Below, in pieces: positions 32,624 to 41,214 of a DNA stretch of 64,000 nucleotides. The notes beneath the pieces were generated by a model. The model searched no databases, was not told the DNA's origin, and saw nothing but the letters and a program-made list of their open reading frames with translations. The number at the start of each line of letters is the position of its first letter. Positions within the stretch are counted from its first letter, which is position 1. Position numbers and translations under genes: made by a program. This stretch comes from an uncultured Elusimicrobia bacterium (GTDB lineage: Bacteria; Elusimicrobiota; Elusimicrobia; FEN-1173): positions 19,164 through 83,163 of the forward strand of contig CAZAEL010000004.1 of NCBI GenBank assembly GCA_964484135.1, written 5' to 3'.

Positions 32624-33193
32624 ATGGCCGCCCTCATCCCCAAACCCACCGTTATCACCGCCGCCGGGAACAAGCCCAAGCTCATCGAGGAGTTCATCGG
32701 GCGGGTGAACTCGAAGACGAAAGACGTGAGCGTGGCGCGCATGAAAAGCCCGGAAGGCTGGATCGAACCAGCCCAGACCCCGGAGTTCGACGAATACACC
32801 CTGGTGCTCAAGGGCACGCTGAAGGTGGATTTCGAGGGCGGCTCCCTGGAGGTGAAAGAAGGGCAGGCGGTCATCGCCCCCAAGGACGCCTGGGTGCGGT
32901 ACAGCACCCCCCATCCGGGCGGCGCGGAGTACGTGGCCGTGTGCCTGCCGGCTTTCTCGCCCGACACCGTGCACCGGGAAGGCGATCCGTCCGTCGCGGC
33001 GGACGAGGCCCGCCGGCGGGAGGAAGTCCGCGCCAAGTACCGCCTCCTGGGCCGGATCTTCGTTTGGTCCGGCTGGGCCGTGGCCTTCCTTTCCATGGCC
33101 CTGGGCGCGCACCTCATCAACGGCCTGCACAAACGGATTCTGGAACTCGAAAAACAGAACCGCGAACTCCCCGGTCAGAACAGCAAACCTTAA
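32624..33193 (+). CDS. Cupin-domain protein with C-terminal TM extension
   Basis: KLIEEFIGRVN, GW.EP.QTPEFDEY..VLKG and YVAVCLPAFSP cupin motifs, followed by a TM helix and a short coiled tail. Confidence 0.8.
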   Translation: MAALIPKPTVITAAGNKPKLIEEFIGRVNSKTKDVSVARMKSPEGWIEPAQTPEFDEYTLVLKGTLKVDFEGGSLEVKEGQAVIAPKDAWVRYSTPHPGGAEYVAVCLPAFSPDTVHREGDPSVAADEARRREEVRAKYRLLGRIFVWSGWAVAFLSMALGAHLINGLHKRILELEKQNRELPGQNSKP

Positions 33194-33213
33194 TTGAATC
33201 TTCTACCCCAACC

Positions 33214-33563
33214 CTCGCCCTCCCCTTACAAAGGGGAGGAAAATAGGGAGACGCTTTTAAAAATCCCCGTGCAGGCGCTATGAGACGAGGATTTTTTGGG
33301 AGCCAGCTACCTCTCCGGGAGGGTCAGCGGAGCGTCTAGGGAGAGCAGAGCCCTCTCTAGAGGAGCGCCGATGGCGACCTTTCAGGCCAAGTCGGCCTGT
33401 GCCATCGGCCATCAGGCCCAAGGCTGCCGACTGAAAGGAGGCAACGCGGGGCGCGACAGATCGGGGCGCGCACCTTATGCCGCCGGTCAGCCACCGGCGA
33501 AGTCCGGGTGAAGGGGTGGAACCCCTTCGGCGGGAGGGGTTTAAGGGGACGAAGTCCTCCCTC
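33214..33563. repeat. Hairpin-rich intergenic element (REP/MITE-like or ncRNA)
   Basis: Run of GC stems: CTCCCCTT..AAGGGGAG, AAAAATCC..GGATTTTT, GCCGATGGCG..TGCCATCGGC with inner CAGGCC..GGCCTG, GCCGG..CCGGC, GAAGGGG..CCCCTTC; no credible CDS. Confidence 0.5.
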
Positions 33564-33565
33564 TC

Positions 33566-33595
33566 TTGACGCGGTACCGTCGGATGCGATAGAGT
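33566..33595 (+). promoter_or_regulatory. sigma70 promoter, probably leaderless cstA mRNA
   Basis: TTGACG, 18 nt, TAGAGT, 7 nt before ATG 33603; no SD. Confidence 0.5.
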
Positions 33596-33602
33596 TTTCT
33601 CC

Positions 33603-35270
33603 ATGCCTTTGGCCCTTGTCGCTTCCGCCGTCTGCGTCCTGTACCTGGCCGCGTACCTGGTGCACGGCCGGGTCCTGTCGCGCCTGTTCAACCTGGACAA
33701 GGCCGCGGAAACCCCGGCGCACGCGTTCCAGGACGGGGTGGATTTCGTGCCGGCCAAGTCCCCCATGCTCCTGGGCCAGCACTTTTCCGCCATCGCCGCG
33801 GCCGGGCCCATCGTGGGGCCCATCCTGGCCGGTCTGTGGTTCGGCTGGCTGCCGGCGCTTTTGTGGATCGTGTTCGGCTCCATTTTTTTCGGCGCGGTGC
33901 ACGATTTTTCCAGCCTGGTGGGGTCGGTGCGGCACCGGGCCCGCTCCGTGGCCGAGATCGTGAAGGAGCACGTGGGGCACCGGGCGTACAAGTTTTTCCT
34001 GGCCTTCATCTGGATGTCCCTGGTGTACGTGATCACGGCCTTTACGGACATCACCGCCGCCTCCTTCAGCGAGCCCCAGTTCGGCGGCGGGGTGGCGTCT
34101 TCCTCCGCCCTGTACCTGGCCTTCGGCGTGCTCATGGGTTTGAGCCTGTACAAACTGCGCATGCCGCTCTGGCTGGCCACGCTGATCTTCGTGCCCCTGG
34201 TGGGGCTTTCCATCTGGTTCGGCCAGAAAATGCCCCTGGAATTGCCGGCGTTCGGCCCCCTGTCGCCGCGCATGCTGTGGAATTTTCTGCTCCTGGCCTA
34301 TTGTTTCGCGGCCTCGGTCCTGCCCATGTGGCTGCTGCTTCAGCCGCGGGGCTATCTGGGCGGATTTTTCCTGTACGGCGCGCTCCTGGCCGGGGTGGTG
34401 GGCGTGTTCCTGGGCGGCGACAAGATCCAATATCCCGCGTTCCTGGGCTTCACCAGCCTCAAGGGCCTGCCCCTGTTCCCCATGCTGTTCGTGACCGTGG
34501 CCTGCGGCGCCTGCTCCGGGTTCCACGGGCTGGTGAGCTCCGGCACCACCTCCAAGCAGATTTCCCGGGAAACGGACTGCCGTCTGGTGGGGTACGGCGG
34601 CATGCTCCTGGAAGGGCTGGTGGCCGTGATCGCGCTCTCCACCGTCATGCTGCTCGCGCCGGGCGACCCGGCCGCCGCCTCCCAGCCGGACCGCATCTAC
34701 GCCAACGGCCTGAGCCACTTCGTGGAGCAGTTCGGCGTGAACGTGACCTTCGCCCGGTCCTTCGCGCTCCTGGCCTTCGCCACCTTCATTTACGACACCC
34801 TGGACGTGGCCACGCGGCTGGGGCGCTACGTCCTGCAGGAGCTCACGGGCTGGCAGGGCGTCAAAGGGAGCATGGCCGCCACGTTGCTGACCCTGGCCCT
34901 GCCCGCGGCGTTCGTGAGCGTGGCCCTGAAGGACGCCAACGGCGTGGCGGTGCCGGCCTGGAAGGTGTTCTGGACCATCTTCGGCACCTCCAACCAGCTC
35001 CTGGCCGCGCTGACGCTCCTGGGCCTGACCGCCTGGCTGAAAAAGACCCGAAAACCCCTGTGGGTGACGGCCGTTCCCATGGCCTTCATGATGGCCATGA
35101 CCCTCTGGTCCCTCCTCTTGACCGTGCGCCCCTGGGCGAAAAACCTGCTGGCCGGCCGCTTCGGCGTGGAGATGATCCCTTTCATCGGGCTGGTGCTCAT
35201 GGCCCTGGCCCTGCTGCTCATCTGGGAGTCGGCGTCGGCGTTGCGCGCCGCGCCTCAAGGAGAGAGATAG
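33603..35270 (+). CDS. cstA: Carbon starvation protein A family transporter
   Basis: TPAH...DGVDFVP, GQHFSAIAAAGPIVGP, GAVHDF, LLLQPRGYLG and ACGACSGFH.LV.SGTTSKQ motifs. Confidence 0.92.
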   Translation: MPLALVASAVCVLYLAAYLVHGRVLSRLFNLDKAAETPAHAFQDGVDFVPAKSPMLLGQHFSAIAAAGPIVGPILAGLWFGWLPALLWIVFGSIFFGAVHDFSSLVGSVRHRARSVAEIVKEHVGHRAYKFFLAFIWMSLVYVITAFTDITAASFSEPQFGGGVASSSALYLAFGVLMGLSLYKLRMPLWLATLIFVPLVGLSIWFGQKMPLELPAFGPLSPRMLWNFLLLAYCFAASVLPMWLLLQPRGYLGGFFLYGALLAGVVGVFLGGDKIQYPAFLGFTSLKGLPLFPMLFVTVACGACSGFHGLVSSGTTSKQISRETDCRLVGYGGMLLEGLVAVIALSTVMLLAPGDPAAASQPDRIYANGLSHFVEQFGVNVTFARSFALLAFATFIYDTLDVATRLGRYVLQELTGWQGVKGSMAATLLTLALPAAFVSVALKDANGVAVPAWKVFWTIFGTSNQLLAALTLLGLTAWLKKTRKPLWVTAVPMAFMMAMTLWSLLLTVRPWAKNLLAGRFGVEMIPFIGLVLMALALLLIWESASALRAAPQGER

Positions 35271-35274
35271 ACCC

Positions 35275-35700
35275 ATGAACCTCAAACACACCATCCTGCT
35301 GGGCTGGCCGGTCCTCAGCGTCCTGCTCTTGTTTTCCATCGTCTCTTTGGCCATCTTCTTCCAGTGCTGGACGATGCTGGGGCAGGCCGAGGGGGCGGAC
35401 CGGAAGACCGCCAAGGACCTTTTGGACGTCGTCGAGAAACGCCTGGCGCTTTTGGGCACCATCGCCAACGCCGCGCCCTTCGTGGGGCTCCTGGGCACGG
35501 TCATCGGCGTGATCCGGGCCTTCCATTCCATCTCCGCGGCGTCGGGCGCGGGCGGCGGGCTGGCGCTGGTGGCGGGCGGCATCTCCGAGGCGCTCATCAG
35601 CACCGCCGCGGGGCTGGCCGTGGCCATCCCGGCCTCCATGCTGTACAACTATTTCACCTTCCGGAGCCAGCGACTCGCCCGGGACGCGGGGCTGGAATAG
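35275..35700 (+). CDS. exbB: MotA/TolQ/ExbB proton channel protein (short)
   Basis: LGTIANAAPFVGLLGTVIGVIRAF...GISEALISTAAGLAVAIP. Confidence 0.9.
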   Translation: MNLKHTILLGWPVLSVLLLFSIVSLAIFFQCWTMLGQAEGADRKTAKDLLDVVEKRLALLGTIANAAPFVGLLGTVIGVIRAFHSISAASGAGGGLALVAGGISEALISTAAGLAVAIPASMLYNYFTFRSQRLARDAGLE

Positions 35701-35709
35701 GGCCTTCCC

Positions 35710-36132
35710 GTGCAAACCGCTTCCGTGTCGGGCCGCCGCAAGAAACTCATCACGGACATCAACATGATCCCCTTCATCGACGTGGTCCTGGTGCTGCTCA
35801 TCATCTTCATGATCCTGTCCCCCTTCCTGGCCCAGTCCCAGATCCAGGTGAACCTGCCCAAGGCCGCCACGGGCCGCGCCGGCGAAGACGACGACCCGGT
35901 CAAGATCCAGATCACCCGCTCCGGGGACTTCTACCTGGGCAAGGACCGGATCCTGCGCACCCAGATCGAGGAAAAAATCCGCGCCGCCCTGGCCGGAAAA
36001 CGCTCCAAGGCCGTTCTCATCGAAGCGGACCGCGACACCTCCTTCAAGACCGTGGTGCTGGCCCTGGAAGCGTCCGAAAAATCCGAGGCGGCCAAGGTCG
36101 GCGTGGCGGTGTACACGGAAGAATCCAAATAA
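35710..36132 (+). CDS. exbD: ExbD/TolR family protein
   Basis: INMIPFIDVVLVLLIIFMI, VNLPKA and IEADR motifs; GTG start. Confidence 0.92.
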   Translation: MQTASVSGRRKKLITDINMIPFIDVVLVLLIIFMILSPFLAQSQIQVNLPKAATGRAGEDDDPVKIQITRSGDFYLGKDRILRTQIEEKIRAALAGKRSKAVLIEADRDTSFKTVVLALEASEKSEAAKVGVAVYTEESK

Positions 36133-36145
36133 CACGCCGTCCCTG

Positions 36146-36922
36146 ATGGCCCCCCTTAGCCGTCACCTCGCGTACTCCGCCGCCCTCCACTTCGCCCTGC
36201 TGTTCGGCCTGCTCATCGTTGCGGCCCGCTCCCGGCCCCCGCGGAAGTTCTACAGCGTGCAGTTCCTGGGAGGGGCGTCGGGCTTCGGCACGGGCAGGCT
36301 GGAGCCGGCGCCCGCGCCCGCCAAAGCGCCCGTGGCCGCGCCGCCGAAGGCCCCGCCCGCCGCGGAGAAGGTCAAGGAAAAGCCCCGCCCCGGCGCGGAC
36401 AAGAACAAGATCTCGGTCTCCAAGGAAAAAGGCAAGGAGAAGAAGCCCCCGGCCAAGGCAAAGGCCGCGCCGGAAAAAGAGGCGCCTTCCTCCGCCGTCC
36501 CGCGATCCAAAGGCGTGCCCGGCGGCCGCGGGGAGTCCGCCAAGGGCCGCGGCGACAGCCTGGCCGCCAAGTACGGCCCCGTGGGCGGCGTGGGCACCGC
36601 CCTGGAAATCGGGGGCTTCGGGCCGGGCGGCCAGCCCACGCCCGACAGCCGCTTCCCCTATGCCTACTACGTCACGGAAATCTACCGGCGTCTCTGGACC
36701 AACTGGGCGTACCGGGAAGCCACCACCAAGGAATGCGTGGTGGTGTTCATGATCCGGCGGAGCGGCGAGGCCGCTGACGTCAAGATGGCGGAGTCTTCCC
36801 GCGATTCCATCTTCGACCAACTGGCCCTGCGGGCCGTGTCCAATTCCTCCCCCTTTCCCCCTTTGCCGGCGGGCTATCCGGAGCCGGACCTGCCCGTGTT
36901 CGTGCGGTTCCGGCTGGAATGA
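36146..36922 (+). CDS. TonB/TolA-like energy transducer
   Basis: N-terminal S..LH TM anchor, Pro/Lys-rich linker, TonB_C-like tail (SS.DSIFDQLALRAV...PFPPLP). Confidence 0.85.
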   Translation: MAPLSRHLAYSAALHFALLFGLLIVAARSRPPRKFYSVQFLGGASGFGTGRLEPAPAPAKAPVAAPPKAPPAAEKVKEKPRPGADKNKISVSKEKGKEKKPPAKAKAAPEKEAPSSAVPRSKGVPGGRGESAKGRGDSLAAKYGPVGGVGTALEIGGFGPGGQPTPDSRFPYAYYVTEIYRRLWTNWAYREATTKECVVVFMIRRSGEAADVKMAESSRDSIFDQLALRAVSNSSPFPPLPAGYPEPDLPVFVRFRLE

Positions 36923-36941
36923 CCCGGCGCCGTCGGGCTTC

Positions 36942-36970
36942 TTGACGAGGGCCGCTTTTTGTCCTATAGT
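36942..36970 (+). promoter_or_regulatory. sigma70 promoter
   Basis: TTGACG, 17 nt, TATAGT. Confidence 0.75.
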
Positions 36971-36984
36971 ACCTTCACAACAAC

Positions 36985-37031
36985 GGGCTAAGGCAGTCCT
37001 CCTCAAAGTTTACGAGGAGGGCTTTTTTTTT
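36985..37031 (+). promoter_or_regulatory. Leader attenuator (degenerate ANTAR-like hairpin overlapping an intrinsic terminator)
   Basis: GGGCT-AAGGC-AGTCC overlaps terminator AGTCCTCCTC..GAGGAGGGC-T9, downstream of the promoter and upstream of the APC gene. Confidence 0.55.
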
Positions 37032-37051
37032 GCCGCGCCCTCAACGCTTTC

Positions 37052-39019
37052 ATGTTCGAAAAAATCAAAGAGCTGATCTTCGGCAGGCCCAAGAACCCCC
37101 TGGACCCCCGGGTGTTCCACAACATCTCCCTGGTGGCTTTCTTCGCCTGGGTGGGGCTGGGCGCGGACGGATTGTCCTCCTCCTGTTACGGCCCGGAGGA
37201 GGCCTTCCACGCCCTGGGCCCCTACACCCATTTGGCCATCCCCCTGGCCCTGGCCGTGGCCGCCACGGTCTTCATCCTCTCCGCCGCCTACTCCCAGATC
37301 ATCGAACTGTTCCCCTCGGGCGGGGGCGGGTACCTGGTGGCCTCCAAACTGATCGGTCCCTACTCGGGGCTCATGTCCGGCTGCGCCCTGCTGGTGGATT
37401 ACATCCTCACGATCGCCATCTCCGTGGCCGCGGGCGTGGACGCGGTCTTCAGCTTCCTGCCGCCGGGGCTCGTCTCCTGGAAGGTCCATGCCACCATCCT
37501 CTGCCTCCTGGTCCTCATGACCTTGAACCTGCGGGGCGTCAAGGAATCCATCCTGGTCCTTACGCCCATCTTCGTCGTGTTCCTGTTCACCCACGGAATA
37601 ACGATCTTTTACGGCATTTTTTCCCACGGGACGGAGCTGCCGGCGCTCGTGACGGACACGGTGGCGCAGACCCGGTCGGGCATCTCCGAAATCGGCTTTT
37701 TTGCCATGGCCGTGATCTTCCTGCGGGCCTTCTGTCTGGGCGGCGGCACCTTCACCGGCATCGAAGCCGTCTCCAACGGCCTGCAAATCCTGCGGGAGCC
37801 CCGCGTGGAGACCGGCAAGCGGACCATGGTCTACATGGCCGTGTCCCTGGCCTTCACCGCGGGCGGCATCCTGGTGAGCTACATCCTCAACGACGTCAGC
37901 CACGTGCCGGGCCAGACGTTGAACGCCACCCTGGTGCACAGGATCTCCGACGCCTGGCCCGGCGGGCATGTCTTTTTCCTGATCACCCTCCTGTCGGAAG
38001 GCGCCCTGCTGTTCGTGGCCGCCCAGGCGGGCTTTCTGGCGGGCCCCCGGGTCATGTCCAACATGGCGGTGGACCACTGGCTGCCCCGCCGCTTCACCAA
38101 CCTGTCGGACCGGCTCGTGATCAAGGACGGCGTCCTGGTCCTCGGGCTGGCCGCCCTGGCCATGATCCTCTACACCGGCGCCTCGGTGCGGATCCTGGTG
38201 GTCATGTACTCCATCAACGTGTTCCTGACGTTCACCTTTTCCCAATTCGGGGTGGCGCGCCATTGGTTCAAGTCCCGGGAACCCGGCTGGCTCAAAAAAC
38301 TGACCATCATGTCCGCGGGCCTGCTGGTGACGGTGGTCATCCTCACCGCCACGATCATGATCAAATTCACGGAAGGGGGATGGGTCACGCTGTCCGTCAC
38401 CGGGACCCTCATGATCTTCTGTCTCTGGGTCCATCGCCATTACGCGGACACGGCCAAGGCCCTCCGCCATTTGGACGACATCCTGACCAACATCCCCCCC
38501 CCTGCGGCCAAGCCGGAGGTTGCGGCCAAGTCCCCCTCCAAGCCCGCGGCCATCCTCATGGTCAACGGGTACAACGGCATGGGCATCCACTCTTTCCTGG
38601 CCATCCACCGTTTCTTTCCCGGCCATTTCAAAAATTTCATCTTCCTTTCGGTGGGGGTGATAGACTCGGACCGGTTCAAGGGCAAGGCCGAGATCCAGAA
38701 CCTGGAGGAGTCCATCCAGAAGGACCTGGACAAATACGTGCGCCTGGCCAACAGCATGGGGCTGTACGCCGAATCCCGCATGCTGCTGGAAACGGACGTG
38801 ATCGACGGGCTCGAAAAACTGTGCCAGCAGACGGCGGAGGAATGGCCCAAGAAGGTGTTTTTCACCGGACAGCTCACGTTCGAAGGAGAAACCTTCTGGA
38901 CCCGGTTCCTGCACAACCAAACGTCCTTCACCCTCCAGCGCCGGCTGATCTTCGACGGCCTGGAGACCGTGATCCTGCCCATCCGGGTGAGGCTGAACCA
39001 GGCGCCCCTGCCCAAATAA
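37052..39019 (+). CDS. APC-superfamily permease, YdaO/KimA-like
   Basis: GADGLSSSCYGPEEAF, GGGGYLVA, TGIEAVSNG and YSINVFLTFT motifs; about 12 TMs plus a cytoplasmic C-domain. Confidence 0.85.
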   Translation: MFEKIKELIFGRPKNPLDPRVFHNISLVAFFAWVGLGADGLSSSCYGPEEAFHALGPYTHLAIPLALAVAATVFILSAAYSQIIELFPSGGGGYLVASKLIGPYSGLMSGCALLVDYILTIAISVAAGVDAVFSFLPPGLVSWKVHATILCLLVLMTLNLRGVKESILVLTPIFVVFLFTHGITIFYGIFSHGTELPALVTDTVAQTRSGISEIGFFAMAVIFLRAFCLGGGTFTGIEAVSNGLQILREPRVETGKRTMVYMAVSLAFTAGGILVSYILNDVSHVPGQTLNATLVHRISDAWPGGHVFFLITLLSEGALLFVAAQAGFLAGPRVMSNMAVDHWLPRRFTNLSDRLVIKDGVLVLGLAALAMILYTGASVRILVVMYSINVFLTFTFSQFGVARHWFKSREPGWLKKLTIMSAGLLVTVVILTATIMIKFTEGGWVTLSVTGTLMIFCLWVHRHYADTAKALRHLDDILTNIPPPAAKPEVAAKSPSKPAAILMVNGYNGMGIHSFLAIHRFFPGHFKNFIFLSVGVIDSDRFKGKAEIQNLEESIQKDLDKYVRLANSMGLYAESRMLLETDVIDGLEKLCQQTAEEWPKKVFFTGQLTFEGETFWTRFLHNQTSFTLQRRLIFDGLETVILPIRVRLNQAPLPK

Positions 39020-39026
39020 CCGCGTC

Positions 39027-39055
39027 TTGACACCCCGCGCCCCTTCTGGTAGGAT
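39027..39055 (+). promoter_or_regulatory. sigma70 promoter
   Basis: TTGACA, 17 nt, TAGGAT with TG extension. Confidence 0.8.
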
Positions 39056-39064
39056 GGGAAAGAA

Positions 39065-39153
39065 GGCACATCGTGGTGCCGTCAACGGGCCGGAGCACGA
39101 CGCCCGACGGACAAGGAAGTCCTCCTCATATGTCGCGACGAGGAGGATTTTTT
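39065..39153 (+). ncRNA. ANTAR-type dual-hexaloop leader with terminator
   Basis: P1 GGCAC-ATCGTG-GTGCC (39065-80); P2 GGAC-AAGGAA-GTCC (39109-22) overlapping terminator GTCCTCCTC..GAGGAGGA-T6. Confidence 0.8.
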
Positions 39154-39351
39154 ATGCCTTTCTGGATCCCCTGGCACACGGTTCCCGCCCTGGCGGCCTA
39201 TTTTTCGGACGAGGCCGCGGAAGAGGCCCCGGACCCCTGCGACCGCCCGCCGCCGCGGGGAGCCGGAACGGACGCGGCGCCGGACTTCCGGTTCTGGAAC
39301 AACTTCTTTGCGAGGAAATCCCATGAGCAGCCCCTCCGCCGATATTGTTGA
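39154..39351 (+). CDS. Possible 65-aa small protein (MPFWIPWHT...)
   Basis: GAGGAGG SD 7 nt before ATG 39154, buried in the terminator 3' arm; no recognisable motif. Confidence 0.3.
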   Translation: MPFWIPWHTVPALAAYFSDEAAEEAPDPCDRPPPRGAGTDAAPDFRFWNNFFARKSHEQPLRRYC

Positions 39352-41149
39352 GCTTTCCCCCGTCAAATACCTGCTGGGCTGCGCCGCGGCCGCCGCGGCC
39401 CTCCTCCTGATCGGGAAAATCCATCCCTTTCCGGCCTGGCTGGTGGCCGCGGAGGTCCTGGCCGCCGTCCTGGCCCTGTTCACCTTCGGCTCCATCAAGT
39501 ACCGTCTGGACAAAAACGCCCTCACGTACGGCGCCGCGCTCGTCATCGTCGCGACCTTCTGGGAAAGCTGGTGGAGCGGCTCGTCCCTGAAGTCGGCCCT
39601 GGCCGCCGGGGAATACGGCGCGCTCTGGGAATTCGCCCGGCACAATTTCCTGACCCTCCACGGACTGGACCGCCTCATCCACGCGGACACCATGCTGTTC
39701 ATCCTGGGGCTGACCTTCTTCGTGGCGGTCATCGCCCAGACGCGCCTCCTGGAAACCTCCAGCTTCGCGGTCCTGGACAAGCTCAAGGGCCGCGTGGTCC
39801 CGACCGTGGTCATCCTCACGGCGCTGGTGTCCGCGGCCTCCGGCGTCCTGGACGGCGTCTCCATGATCGGGCTCATGATCCGGACCCTGGTGATCATCCT
39901 GCTCCTGAGCGGGGCCGACAGGGCGGTCGTCGTTTACGCGGTCATGGTGTCAACGGTCGTGACCACGGTCTGCGGCATGTGGCTGGCGTACGGCGAGCCC
40001 CCCAACCTCATCATGAAAGCCAACCTCCACCCTTATCTGGACGACGCTTTTTTCCTGCGGTACTGCCTGCCCGCGGCCCTGGGGAGTTGGGCCATCGTGG
40101 CCTGGAACGTGGGACGGCGGCTGAAGGGCCGGAAAGTGGAGTTGTCGAAACTGGACATCCTGGACCGGCACGTGGCGGACGTGCGGTTCCTGCAGGCGTC
40201 CCGCCACGGGCAGGTGCTCACGCCCATCGGGTTCCTGGAAGGGAACAAAGAGGCGGTGGAAGGACACTACGAAGGGGTCCGAAAACGTCTCCTGGCCGGC
40301 GTGCCCCTGGGCGAGGCCCTGACCAATGAACGGGTCCCCAGGAGCGCGCGCCTGGAACTCATGGGCCGTTACCTGTCCGAGGACCTCGCCCAGACCGCGG
40401 ACGATTATTACGAACACGTGTACGGAAAGAACGACGGCCAGGCGGGCGAGTCCGCGGTGCGGCTGGGCCTGGCCCTGTCCCGCGTGCGGGGGCGGCGCGT
40501 CCTGGCCCAGCGGGCGGCGGCGCTGTCCTTCGTCCCCTTCATCGGGCTCCTCGTGGCCCACGCGGTCAACCACGATGTGCCGCTCTTTTTGGCCTCCTTC
40601 GCGGGGTTCGCGGCGGCCTTCCTGGGCATCGCGACTCTGCCCAAAACGCGGGGCCTGGCCCTGCGGGAGGCGGCCCATGAGTTCAAGGAGTACCTCTTCC
40701 TTTTGCCCCTCTTCCTGTCCATCACCCTGCTGCAGAAGACCGGCTTCTTCGGCCTGATCTCGGACCTCCTGCACCTGGGCATCGAGCGGCTGGGCGCCTC
40801 CCACGTGGCGTACGGCCAGTTCTGGTTCTGCACGGTGCTCTCCGCCCTCCTGGACAACAACGTGGTGGCGGACTTCGCGGGCCGGGCCCTCCAGGGCCTG
40901 AGCGTGAGCCTCCTCCACCTCTTCGCCATGGCCCAGATCGCGGGCTACGCCCTGGGCGGCTGCTGGACCCACATCGGCTCGGCCCAGTCCGTGGTGGCGT
41001 ATTCCTTCATCCAGCGGGAGATCGACGGGCGGTACACCCCCTTCCAGTGGATCAAGGCCATGACGCCGATCGTTCTGGAGATCGCCATTTGGATCAGCGT
41101 GGTCGTGTACGTGGAAGGGTGGCTCTTCCAAAAACTGCACATCCAATAA
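39323..41149 (+). CDS. IT-superfamily (NhaD/ArsB/SLC13-like) transporter with soluble insert
   Basis: ASGVLDGVS, GEPPNLI, SALLDNN and LGGCWTHIGSAQSVV repeat motifs; about 12 TMs; GAGGA RBS before ATG 39323. Confidence 0.75.
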   Translation: MSSPSADIVELSPVKYLLGCAAAAAALLLIGKIHPFPAWLVAAEVLAAVLALFTFGSIKYRLDKNALTYGAALVIVATFWESWWSGSSLKSALAAGEYGALWEFARHNFLTLHGLDRLIHADTMLFILGLTFFVAVIAQTRLLETSSFAVLDKLKGRVVPTVVILTALVSAASGVLDGVSMIGLMIRTLVIILLLSGADRAVVVYAVMVSTVVTTVCGMWLAYGEPPNLIMKANLHPYLDDAFFLRYCLPAALGSWAIVAWNVGRRLKGRKVELSKLDILDRHVADVRFLQASRHGQVLTPIGFLEGNKEAVEGHYEGVRKRLLAGVPLGEALTNERVPRSARLELMGRYLSEDLAQTADDYYEHVYGKNDGQAGESAVRLGLALSRVRGRRVLAQRAAALSFVPFIGLLVAHAVNHDVPLFLASFAGFAAAFLGIATLPKTRGLALREAAHEFKEYLFLLPLFLSITLLQKTGFFGLISDLLHLGIERLGASHVAYGQFWFCTVLSALLDNNVVADFAGRALQGLSVSLLHLFAMAQIAGYALGGCWTHIGSAQSVVAYSFIQREIDGRYTPFQWIKAMTPIVLEIAIWISVVVYVEGWLFQKLHIQ

Positions 41150-41176
41150 AAAAGCCGGCGGTTTTCGGCCGCCGGC
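41147..41176 (-). terminator. Intrinsic terminator between convergent genes
   Basis: A-run, then GCCGGCGG / CCGCCGGC 8-bp stem. Confidence 0.6.
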
Positions 41177-41214
41177 GCCCTTTGCCGTTCCTCCCCTCTC
41201 CCAAAAACGGACCC

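Noticed and set aside
33160-33195. GAAC recurring at 7-nt spacing in the cupin tail
   Set aside because: Irregular and without a complementary arm; may be codon coincidence.
33490-33510. AAGTCCGGG resembling the RNase P RNA signature
   Set aside because: Lacks the preceding GAGGA and I found no matching 3' ACAGAA..CGGCTTA segment.
33547-33557. GGAC-GAA-GTCC similar to the ANTAR P2 stems
   Set aside because: 3-nt loop, no partner hairpin, no U-tailed terminator, and upstream of the cstA promoter, so not in that transcript.
35275-36922. Tol-Pal operon
   Set aside because: No tolB or pal follows; called generic ExbB/ExbD/TonB-like only.
36971-37051. c-di-AMP (ydaO) riboswitch expected before a KimA-like gene
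   Set aside because: Leader is only about 75 nt and lacks the aptamer consensus.
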